Source: a virus
Virus record (IMG/VR): IMGVR_UViG_3300047409_000726
Coordinates: 1 to 64,000 of that record
Direction: 5' to 3' (one strand)
DNA length: 64,000 nucleotides
In this document: piece after piece, positions 40,349 through 48,217 of the stretch
How the letters are laid out: each line of letters starts with the position of its first letter
Position numbering within the stretch: the first letter of the stretch is position 1
Translations under genes and position numbers: made by a program
The notes under the pieces: generated by a model
What the model saw: the letters and a program-made list of their open reading frames with translations, nothing else
The model's database searches: none
What the model was told of the DNA's origin: nothing

Positions 40349-40842
40349 TAGTCGTCCCCGTTGAACAACACGACCTGCGCAGCCTGCGCGCAGGCGTCCT
40401 GAAGCGATTCGCCTTGAAAGAACCCCTTCACTTCGTAGCCGTCGTTGGAGAGGCTTGCCTCGAACATCTTGATCTCTCGCTTGCCTTCGGCGTTGACGCC
40501 CATCTCGATGGATCGGACGCCGGCCTCGCGTGCACGGAGCCACCGGTCGAGCGCTTCGAAGATCCGCACAGCTCCCTCGCCCTCGGCTTGGCGTATCTCG
40601 GCTTCTCGTGACTCGACCTGCGCGCGTACGGGCACGATGGTGACCGTTTTCATACGGAAGATGAGCTTACACGCTAGGTCGAGGTAGGCGCTCTCAGGGT
40701 TCGCTCGAACGTATAGCTCGTCGATCTCGTTGATGGTGTCGCGGAGCGCTTCTGCGAGCTCGTGAATCACGTCCTCGGACGTCATGGGAGCGGGGCGAGG
40801 GGGCGAGGAGTGTTTCGAGCGGGTAAGCGGGGCGTCGTTCAT
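40348..40842 (-). CDS. Hypothetical protein immediately downstream of the pentamer array
   Basis: RBS AAAGGAA lies in the tail of array unit A; 164 aa. Confidence 0.55.
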   Translation of the reverse strand: MNDAPLTRSKHSSPPRPAPMTSEDVIHELAEALRDTINEIDELYVRANPESAYLDLACKLIFRMKTVTIVPVRAQVESREAEIRQAEGEGAVRIFEALDRWLRAREAGVRSIEMGVNAEGKREIKMFEASLSNDGYEVKGFFQGESLQDACAQAAQVVLFNGDD

Positions 40843-40871
40843 CTTGGGTTCCTTTGTGTGTAGAAACGGTC

Positions 40872-41049
40872 CTTTGGTTTGCTCGGCTGTGCGCAGCGAT
40901 GCGTAGCCCGGCGGCGCGCCGATTCGGGTGGCTTTGCTGAGCGCTGCTTTGTTGAGCGGTGCGTGGCGCTGCGGTGCCGAGACTTGCCGAGCATTGCTTT
41001 ACAACGCGACGTTGCGCCATGCTGAGCACCGTACCGCTCAGCGGAGTTT
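40872..41049 (-). repeat. 5-nt periodic tract A (34 pentamers), candidate guide RNA
   Basis: + strand 40880-41049: GC in register in 26/34 pentamers, G in 33/34; bounded by CTTTGGTTTGC. Confidence 0.9.
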
Positions 41050-41097
41050 GTTGGGTTTGAAAAAAAGCTGTTCGGCACGGGGTTCGTTGAAAGTGTC

Positions 41098-41210
41098 CTT
41101 TGGTTTGCTTGGCAGTGCGTCACGACGCGGGGCAGGGTCGCGCGACGATCCGCTTCCCGGTGCACTGATCTGCTTGACCGTGCTGGGCACAGCGCCGCAC
41201 TGCGATGAGG
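41098..41210 (-). repeat. 5-nt periodic tract B (21 pentamers), candidate guide RNA
   Basis: + strand 41106-41210: GC in register in 14/21; bounded by CTTTGGTTTGC. Confidence 0.85.
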
Positions 41211-41254
41211 GTTTTGAAAAAGTTGTTTGTGCGCGGGTTGTGCGAAAAGTGTGA

Positions 41255-41337
41255 CTTTGATTTGCTGGGCTGAGCACGACTGAGCTTCGCGTCGCGTCGC
41301 TGGGCCGGGTTTCGCGAGGCGCTGCGTCGCTGGGTTT
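41255..41337 (-). repeat. 5-nt periodic tract C (15 pentamers), candidate guide RNA
   Basis: + strand 41263-41337: GC in register in 12/15; bounded by CTTTGATTTGC; starts 5 nt after the Cas7-like stop. Confidence 0.85.
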
Positions 41338-41342
41338 CTTTT

Positions 41343-41987
41343 CTAGGCCACCTTCCGTTTCATCGCAGCCGTCCCGTCGACGCAGTCCCATGCGACGACG
41401 TGGAAGAGCCCAAACGGCCCGCGCTTCTCAGGGCGGAAGGCGCCGATACCTAGTTGTTCTCCGGCCTCGGTGAGGAGCTGTCTCACGAACGCCGGATCCA
41501 TGAGGTTCTCGTTGATGCGGATCGTGCACTTCAACGTCCAGCGTTCGATGCGTGGACGGTGAGCGAGCAGTGCGCCTTTCGTGCTTGGGTTGACGACCCG
41601 GCGACTGTCCACCTCGTAGGTCGTGATGCGCGTTTTCCGGTCTTCATTGTAGAGCGGTGCAAGCTCGTCGAGAACGAGCACCGCGGCCGGCACGCGATAC
41701 TTCATCGACTTGCGGGTGCCCTTCTCCTTGTGGTTGCCGCCGGCTTCGACGATCGCGCGTTGTACACCGGTGCCAGGGAACACGAGTGGGGAGTCGAGCT
41801 TCCCGTTCTCGCGGTAGCAGCTCTTCTCGGCGATCTCTCGCGGAGTGAGTTGCTTGACGGCTGTGATAGATGGCCGAGTGCCTGGGCCACTGCCGCCGGG
41901 TACGTTTTCGGCTGCTTCTGTTCCAAACGCCGCCATAAGTAGCGGCATCGTTCCTTCGATCCAAGTTTCTGTGTATTGAAAAGACAC
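41343..41987 (-). CDS. Solo Cas7/RAMP-like RNA-binding protein
   Basis: 214 aa. N-terminal strand I.G..PLL; P...V..AI.EA helix; RP.I..W strand; C-terminal glycine-rich loop L.EAG..LGIG.FRP.K.G.FG.F.V, typical of RAMP/Cas7 folds; RBS AAAGGAG before GTG. Confidence 0.72.
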   Translation of the reverse strand: MSFQYTETWIEGTMPLLMAAFGTEAAENVPGGSGPGTRPSITAVKQLTPREIAEKSCYRENGKLDSPLVFPGTGVQRAIVEAGGNHKEKGTRKSMKYRVPAAVLVLDELAPLYNEDRKTRITTYEVDSRRVVNPSTKGALLAHRPRIERWTLKCTIRINENLMDPAFVRQLLTEAGEQLGIGAFRPEKRGPFGLFHVVAWDCVDGTAAMKRKVA

Positions 41988-42014
41988 TGAGATTCTCCTT
42001 TGGTTGAAAATGAG

Positions 42015-42152
42015 CTTTGGTTTGCGCGGCTGAGCGTGGCGATGCGGTGCGCTGCGAGGCGTAGATCTGCTGAGGGCCGCTCTGTTGTGCGGGGGCGCGC
42101 TAGGCGGGGCGGCGATATGCTTTGCCGGGGCCTGCCCTGCGGCGCGGTGAAT
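42015..42152 (-). repeat. 5-nt periodic tract D (26 pentamers) in the leader of the Cas7-like gene, candidate guide RNA
   Basis: + strand 42023-42152: G in register in 26/26, GC in 19/26; bounded by CTTTGGTTTGC. Confidence 0.9.
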
Positions 42153-42698
42153 TTAGGTGAACGACCTTCCTCTCTCGCCGATGGCGTTCGCGAAGAGTGC
42201 AGCAACGACGCCGACGAACAGGCCGCCGATGTGGGCACCGACACTGACGTCGCCACCGTTGCCGGTTAGTGCCTGCCAAGTGCTGACAGCGCAAAAGGCG
42301 AAAGCGAATCCGATGAATCGGCGGTCGACCGCTACGGAGTACGTGACCAGGCCGCAGACAGCCCCGGAGGCGCCTACCATCGGGATTGAAGAGCCTGAAG
42401 CTACGATAATGTGGAGAGCGGCTCCGGCGACCGCTGCGAGGGCGTAGAGGCAGAGGAACCGAGCGCCCCCGATGACCCTCTCGACCAGGCTGCCGAAAAC
42501 GGCCAAAAAGGCCATGTTACAGCCCAGGTGAACGAGGGTCCTAGGGTCGTGCAGGAAGGAGTAGGTGAGGAGCGAGCCCAGGCCCGGATGGGCCGGAACT
42601 AGGCCGAATTTCTCGCAGACCGGCATCCCGCCACTCGAGAGCTCGAGGGCGTAAACGGCCGCGTTCAGCGTCACGAGAAGGAGGGTCACGAGGGGCAT
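42153..42698 (-). CDS. Rhomboid intramembrane serine protease
   Basis: FLH..HL..NM, GASGA (catalytic Ser), AHIGG (catalytic His), multiple TM helices. Confidence 0.9.
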   Translation of the reverse strand: MPLVTLLLVTLNAAVYALELSSGGMPVCEKFGLVPAHPGLGSLLTYSFLHDPRTLVHLGCNMAFLAVFGSLVERVIGGARFLCLYALAAVAGAALHIIVASGSSIPMVGASGAVCGLVTYSVAVDRRFIGFAFAFCAVSTWQALTGNGGDVSVGAHIGGLFVGVVAALFANAIGERGRSFT

Positions 42699-42722
42699 AT
42701 GGGGTAGACGGATACCATACGA

Positions 42723-42785
42723 GGGTATTCAAGGTCAATCATTCTTTAGACGGCTGTTGACGTTGAATACCCGGCGTGGTAGGGT
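42723..42785. promoter_or_regulatory. Back-to-back sigma70-like promoters forming a 16-bp inverted repeat
   Basis: TTGACCTTGAATACCC (minus, 42738-42723) and TTGACGTTGAATACCC (plus, 42757-42772), each followed by TGGTA; plus side TTGACG-17-TAGGGT. Confidence 0.65.
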
Positions 42786-43216
42786 CCGTCTGCTCTGCCA
42801 TGACCTTCACAGGAGACCCAATGCCCAAACGCCCAAACGGTCGCTATTCGGGCGTCGAACCGACCGGCACCCCCGCGGCGGTCGACCGGGCGCTCAAGAA
42901 GAACTCGAGGGACGACATGCGGGGCTACGACACGGACGCCCACGCTATCGCGAAGGTGCTCGTTCGCCACTACGGCGACGAGGCCGATGCGGTGCTCAAG
43001 CGCACGTTGGAGCTCCTTGGGGACGCACGGAGAACGAAGCGATGACCGACCCACGCAAGCCTCAAACCAAAGACGGCGCCGTGGCCTTCGTGTCCGCCGT
43101 GCTCCGAAACGAGCCAGCGCTTCAGTCGCCGGACTTCAAGGTCGCGATGGATCTCAGCGAGTGTTTCGACATTCGCGCGAAGGACTTACTCGAGTACCGA
43201 AAGGGGATGGTTGAAA

Positions 43217-43642
43217 ATGGCCGCTGAAGAAAAACACACGTTCTCTTGCATAGGCATCACCAAGCAGCTCGAGGCGCTCACGAAACTCGCCGGCATCGGG
43301 CGGGGCATCGTGGTCACCGAGGAATTAGCTAGCAAGTTGGCTGACCGGCGCAATCGACGCGAAAAAATGGATCTCATCATCGACGAGCTTTGGCGCCGGT
43401 ACAAGTACGCGGCAGATCCAGTGATCGACGGCGCCTGCCTGTTCGTCGTAACGCTCGCCCAAGGGTTTGGTATTCGGTGCCGTTTCACGATGGCACGCTA
43501 CGGCCGAGCAAGTTGGACCCTCTTCGTCGCGTACGAAAACGAAGAGGGGCTCTGGCAAAACATCAACGTGCTTCGACAGGAAACAGCTCAGGTGCCAAAC
43601 GAGCTCGTGATGGGGCCGATCCCAGGAGACGACGTTACATGA
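43217..43642 (+). CDS. Degenerate transglutaminase-like protein
   Basis: Y..DP...C......A...GI..RF.......W......W pattern, but the DCDD Cys motif and catalytic His are absent. Confidence 0.45.
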   Translation: MAAEEKHTFSCIGITKQLEALTKLAGIGRGIVVTEELASKLADRRNRREKMDLIIDELWRRYKYAADPVIDGACLFVVTLAQGFGIRCRFTMARYGRASWTLFVAYENEEGLWQNINVLRQETAQVPNELVMGPIPGDDVT

Positions 43643-43916
43643 ACCCTCCGACCGAGAGCGCCTGCCGTACGCGTGGCTGCGGCAAGGCCATCCCGATCCG
43701 GCAGTCGTTCTGCCGGAACTGCCTGAGCAAGCTCCCGAGCGAGATCCGGCATGCGTTACTGTTCGCGTCCGCCGAGATACGGCTCGAGGCGCTCAACAGA
43801 GCCGACAAGATCCTCTCCGGCGTCTCGGAGTCGATTCGTCCGGGCTCGGCGAAAGAACGGTTTCGAGCCGCACGCGATCACGCTGCGGCGGCCATGAGAA
43901 CTCTGGAGAGAAAACG

Positions 43917-44099
43917 ATGAGTCCAAAACAAGAAGAACAAGTGCAACTGTGCGTCCGGTACCCCGAGTCGTTCACGAAGCGGCTAGACAAACTCGCAGAG
44001 CGTATGTCCGAACCTGGCATGCGCGTTACGCGCGTCGAGGTGCTCCGGCTCGCGGCGTTCCGTGGCGTCGAGCAACTCGAGACAGAAAAGAAGAAGTGA
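43917..44099 (+). CDS. RHH regulator
   Basis: LCVRYPE...RLD.LA...VTR.EVLR.A..RG. Confidence 0.65.
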   Translation: MSPKQEEQVQLCVRYPESFTKRLDKLAERMSEPGMRVTRVEVLRLAAFRGVEQLETEKKK

Positions 44100-44764
44100 T
44101 GAAACGCAAACAACCGCCAGACATGATGGAACCGGTTCGGGCGCCGCCACCACCGCCATCAATTTCACACGAGGTTGAGAAGCGTCTGCGTTCTTCTAGT
44201 AAAGAGACCTGGGAGCGAGAAGAGATCGCATGGCTTCAGGCGTCCGAGATCGCGTGCGCCGTCGCCGATGCGTGGGTCTCTACCATCAACAAGTCGGTTC
44301 TCACGTACACCACAAAAGCGTTGCGGGTGAGCGTACCCGAAGACTTGTTCTCCGCGCTCTCTCGTCTCGAGCTCGTCACGCGCCCGAGTGCGATGCGAAA
44401 GGTGCGACCGTGACACGGTACGCGCTCGATAGGACGGACGTCATCGCGTTCGTGGTTGTCGCTTTTGGTGTGTTGATCGCGCTGATCATGTTTTTTCCGT
44501 TATTCGGCACGAAGGAACCGCCACCGCCGCCGGCCCGCCGGTGTCAAACCATCCCCGCCGAAGTCGCAGCGTGGGGGCTCTCGGTGCAGAGCACGCCCTC
44601 AGGGCTCTACTTTTGCTATCAGCAAGGCGCCGGGCAGGGGATGATCGAGGTCGTTTGCACGCCGATGAAGGATTGTAAACCATGAAGACCGCTCTTCTCC
44701 TGCAACTCCCGGACGGCCGTTATTTGGCCGACGACTTCACGACGTGGGTCGAGAACATCGCTGC

Positions 44765-44822
44765 CGCTCACCGCTTCATCCCCGGCGCGGCGCTCACCGC
44801 TTCATCCCCGGCGCGGCGCTCA
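44765..44822 (+). repeat. 26-bp tandem duplication within ORF 44682-44909
   Basis: CGCTCACCGCTTCATCCCCGGCGCGG twice, then CGCTCA. Confidence 0.9.
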
Positions 44823-44905
44823 ATCATTGCTGGGAAGAGTTTCGGCGTCTCGGTGCGAAGGTCGTGCCTGTGCAAGCTAATACGCCGCTGTGATAGGGTG
44901 CGACC

Positions 44906-45445
44906 ATGAACACTGTCGTTTCTGTGATCGTCGTGCTCAAGGTCTTTCTCATGCAAGCCCCGTTCGATTGGGATCGCTCGCTCTCGGTCGAGGAGCGCAC
45001 CGAATTCACGCGGCCCTATGCCGAAGCCGTTGCGCAGGCGGCGCACACGTACTGGGAAGCGGCGCTTCTCATGGCGCAGGCCATCTCCGAGACGCACATG
45101 GCGAGCTACGTGATCGAGGGTCGATGCATGGAGGGCCCGGTCGGGTATCGGTGCGATCCGAAGCACGGGGTGCCTCGAGCTCGAGGGCCGTGGCAGCTTC
45201 ATCTCGAAGCGTGCCGTAGCGCGTACGAGTTTCCCGAGACGTCGAACGAGTCGGTGATGGCGGAAGCCGAGTGCGCGATGCAGGCGATGAGATACTTCGC
45301 GCACGTCGGTAAGGATCACGCTCAGACGCCGAATCACGCGGCGTTCTGCGGCATGGGTCCGAAGCCTTGGGACTGGCCTGGCGCGAATAAACGGGTGAAC
45401 CTCGCAAAAACCATCTACCGACAGCTAACGAGCGTAGCGCAATGA
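44906..45445 (+). CDS. Lysozyme/SLT-like protein
   Basis: ALL.A.A.SET and GPWQLH motifs; hydrophobic N-terminus. Confidence 0.5.
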   Translation: MNTVVSVIVVLKVFLMQAPFDWDRSLSVEERTEFTRPYAEAVAQAAHTYWEAALLMAQAISETHMASYVIEGRCMEGPVGYRCDPKHGVPRARGPWQLHLEACRSAYEFPETSNESVMAEAECAMQAMRYFAHVGKDHAQTPNHAAFCGMGPKPWDWPGANKRVNLAKTIYRQLTSVAQ

Positions 45446-45585
45446 CGGCCCTGGTGCTTCTTACGGCTCTCGCGTTTTTCGTCCCGTTCGGTACCGGGTA
45501 TTACGTGGGGCACGATGTGGGCGTCAACGCCGAGCGCCGCCGAAAGGAACGCGCCCGTCGTCGAGCCTAGCGGTGCCTTTTTCCG

Positions 45586-46272
45586 ATGAGCAAAGTAATC
45601 ATATCGTCTCGTTGTGAGGGATGCGGAAAAGAGTTTGTGGGGCGTCGACCGGACATCAACAGAAAGCCCGCGAAGTTCTGTTCGCGCGCCTGTCGCAGTA
45701 AGTTGGTGTCGAAACGGTGCATCCGATGCGGAGCTCAGTTTCAGGTAAAGGCGTATCGGATAACGACAGCGCTCTACTGCTCGAAAGCCTGTCGCAGAGA
45801 CCAGGTGGAGCGTCTATGCGTGCAGTGCGGTGTCGTTTTTCACGTAGCTCGCTGTCGAGAGACGACAGCGTTGTACTGCTCGTTGAAGTGCAAAGACGAC
45901 GCGCACACGGTGCGCGCGAAGGATATGTCACGCACGCTGGCTAGATTTTGGCGGAACGTTGACAAGAAAGGACCGACACCGAAGCACGTGCGAAGACTGG
46001 GTCCGTGTTGGCTTTGGCGTGGTACTTTGGACGATAACGGGTACGGAATGATTTCCACGAAAACGTTGTCGAAGCACTCCCCGATCGTGAAGGCGCACCG
46101 TTTCTCGTTCTTCCTTGCGCACGGTCGATGGCCGAAGCTCTTCGTTTGCCATCGCTGCGATAACCCGGCGTGTGTTCGTCCGGACCATCTTTTCGAAGGC
46201 ACTCAAGCCGACAACATGACCGACATGGCGCGCAAGGGGCGCGGTCGTCGCGCGGCGCACCACTACCTGTGA
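45586..46272 (+). CDS. HNH endonuclease with three N-terminal Zn ribbons
   Basis: 3x CxxCG..F..(F/Y)CSxxC; [29 protein letters not shown]. Confidence 0.9.
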   Translation: MSKVIISSRCEGCGKEFVGRRPDINRKPAKFCSRACRSKLVSKRCIRCGAQFQVKAYRITTALYCSKACRRDQVERLCVQCGVVFHVARCRETTALYCSLKCKDDAHTVRAKDMSRTLARFWRNVDKKGPTPKHVRRLGPCWLWRGTLDDNGYGMISTKTLSKHSPIVKAHRFSFFLAHGRWPKLFVCHRCDNPACVRPDHLFEGTQADNMTDMARKGRGRRAAHHYL

Positions 46273-46484
46273 CGAGGGAGCACAGGACCGCCCCACGGCA
46301 TTGCAACGCCAAAGAATCCGGCGATGAGTGAGAGCGCCCACAATGCGACCGCCACTATCACGACAACTTTTATTACCTGCTTCAACGGCGGGTTGCCGGG
46401 CCAGAGCGCGAGCAAACGGTCGCCGCCCCAAAGAAGCAGCGCCGCGATGAGAAGCGTGAGAACGAGTCCTAGGATGCTTGTCAT
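46263..46484 (-). CDS. Small two-TM membrane protein (holin-like)
   Basis: Two hydrophobic helices separated by P..P.KQVI. Confidence 0.55.
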   Translation of the reverse strand: MTSILGLVLTLLIAALLLWGGDRLLALWPGNPPLKQVIKVVVIVAVALWALSLIAGFFGVAMPWGGPVLPRHR

Positions 46485-46496
46485 GCGCACAGAGTA

Positions 46497-47087
46497 TCAC
46501 GGCTTCCAGGTGACGTACGGCGACGGATCGTGGCCAATTGCCTCATGTCCACGCAACGTTGCGCGCCACACAGTGGAAGCGCCCGGTTTCGAGATCATAC
46601 CGCCTTCTGTTTTCGGCTTGTCGATGTACTGCCAGTTCCCGGTGCGTTTGATGAACTTCATCGCGTATCCGGTGTCTTCGAGCAATCCCTCAGCCTCGAG
46701 TTTCCTGGCTATTTTCGTGACTGTCGCGGTTGAGATGCCGAGGTCTTGAGCGACAGCTCCGCCAGGGCGGCCGTTCTCCTCTTTGAATTCGTCTAGGAGT
46801 TTTCGCTCGAGGTCGGTCAGTTCGATTTGTGATGTTTCGTTTACTTCTGGCCCCAACTCGTTCGGCGGGATGATTCGCACGATGTGGCTGATCGGAATGG
46901 TGTGTTCCTGGTGATACCACGGGCCCGTAGGCGAAAAGCGCACGTCGATCGAGGCACGCACGTTCACGCGGCCGATTTTGACTACTTTGAACACTCCCCC
47001 ACCGGAGCCGTAGGACACACGTCGTGATGGATCTTGTACCTCAATCCAGTCACCAGGTTTGAGGTCTCGTTTGTCAATCTCGGTCAG
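46497..47087 (-). CDS. Hypothetical protein with SH3-like N-terminus and winged-HTH; start uncertain
   Basis: LKPGDWIEV; VAQDLGISTATV.K..RKLE.EGL; no ATG/GTG found at the boundary with the upstream gene. Confidence 0.45.
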   Translation of the reverse strand: MTEIDKRDLKPGDWIEVQDPSRRVSYGSGGGVFKVVKIGRVNVRASIDVRFSPTGPWYHQEHTIPISHIVRIIPPNELGPEVNETSQIELTDLERKLLDEFKEENGRPGGAVAQDLGISTATVTKIARKLEAEGLLEDTGYAMKFIKRTGNWQYIDKPKTEGGMISKPGASTVWRATLRGHEAIGHDPSPYVTWKP

Positions 47088-48214
47088 CGACGCTTCTTGC
47101 GCGCCGACCTCTTGGCTTTTGGGCGGCGTCGGGCCTCGCTCGCGCGATTGCCTTCGAGCTCGCGCTTCTTGGTTAGAAGCTCGTCCGCTAGCCACTCTCG
47201 AGAGGTGTCGCAAGCGCCGCGGAAGCCCTCGTAGAAGGCGTGTATCTCCTCGCGCGTGGCGTCCGATCCGAGCGCTTCTTGCGCTGCGCCCTCGCGTTGC
47301 GCGTCCCACACGAGCTGTTGGAACATTTTGCGCGAGATCTCTAGTGCATCAGCTTTCGTTTCGAGCGGATTCACCTGATCGGGAGGCATCTTGCTCGCCT
47401 CGACGAGTTGGTCGTAGACCCAGTCGAGGAAGTGGTCGCTTCTGATTTGATCCTGACCGTATTTCTCACCGGCGGCGTAGGCGTGCTCTTCTGGAGTCGA
47501 CTTAGAACGTCCGCCGCGCTTCGCCTCGCTCGCCCCCGGCCGCACGAACTTGACGACGCCCGCGGTCCCTGCTGCCCGCTTCATGTCGCTGTAGCTCTTG
47601 GAGGGCCCGGCGATGCGGCGGCCGCGGTTGTCGACGGCCTCGTAGTCGCGGACGGTGGTGCCGGGGCGCGGGGCGCCGAGTTTGAACTGGGGTTCGGCCG
47701 CTCGCCGTGCATGCCCTGCAATCGGCTTCGCCCCCGCCGGTAGCCTTGCGACGCCCGTACGCGCGCCCGGCCCCTGCGCGTGCCAGTAGCCGCTCTTCCG
47801 CCACACGGTGGCTTCCTCGTAGGGGTGCTGCCCGCCGCGAGGGAAGTAGATCTTCGTGTGGGCGTCGGAGCCGCTCGTGTGAGTTGCGCCTAGGTCGCGG
47901 GCGGCGTGCTCGACGAGGTCGCCCAAGGTGTTGAAGTCACGGACGATGCGGGGGGCGCGAGCCTCTCGTGTGCCTTTGCCGTGGTCGAGGAACGTGTAGT
48001 CCGCGTAGTCGCCAGCGAGTCGCCCGTAGTCGCCGCGGTGTCGGAATTCGGAGTCACCGACGTCGACGGGCGAACCGAGCCCTATGTCCGCGATGGCGGC
48101 ATCGGCTTGCGCGATATCGTCGTCATCGATTCCTGAGGCGTCGCCGTTGATCAGGTAGGACGCCCAGTAGATGGGCATCGAGTAGGTGACGGTGGTGATT
48201 CGAGAACGAGCCAT
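47084..48214 (-). CDS. Modular hypothetical protein
   Basis: 376 aa; several small domains (WASYLINGDASG etc.) separated by basic linkers. Confidence 0.6.
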   Translation of the reverse strand: MARSRITTVTYSMPIYWASYLINGDASGIDDDDIAQADAAIADIGLGSPVDVGDSEFRHRGDYGRLAGDYADYTFLDHGKGTREARAPRIVRDFNTLGDLVEHAARDLGATHTSGSDAHTKIYFPRGGQHPYEEATVWRKSGYWHAQGPGARTGVARLPAGAKPIAGHARRAAEPQFKLGAPRPGTTVRDYEAVDNRGRRIAGPSKSYSDMKRAAGTAGVVKFVRPGASEAKRGGRSKSTPEEHAYAAGEKYGQDQIRSDHFLDWVYDQLVEASKMPPDQVNPLETKADALEISRKMFQQLVWDAQREGAAQEALGSDATREEIHAFYEGFRGACDTSREWLADELLTKKRELEGNRASEARRRPKAKRSARKKRR

Positions 48215-48217
48215 GTG

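Noticed and set aside
40872-41337. Canonical CRISPR array or simple microsatellite
   Set aside because: There are no identical 25-40 bp repeats with uniform spacers and no cas1/cas2; pentamers are not identical copies, since only two of five positions are conserved.
40694-41391. ORFs 40694-41029, 40839-41165, 40928-41254 and 41038-41391 across tracts A-C
   Set aside because: Low-complexity Arg/Ala/Ser translations of a period-5 pattern that does not fit codon periodicity; no RBS; treated as spurious.
41702-42294. ORFs 41702-42256, 42000-42269 and 42100-42294 across tract D
   Set aside because: They overlap the Cas7-like and rhomboid genes and simply translate the periodic tract.
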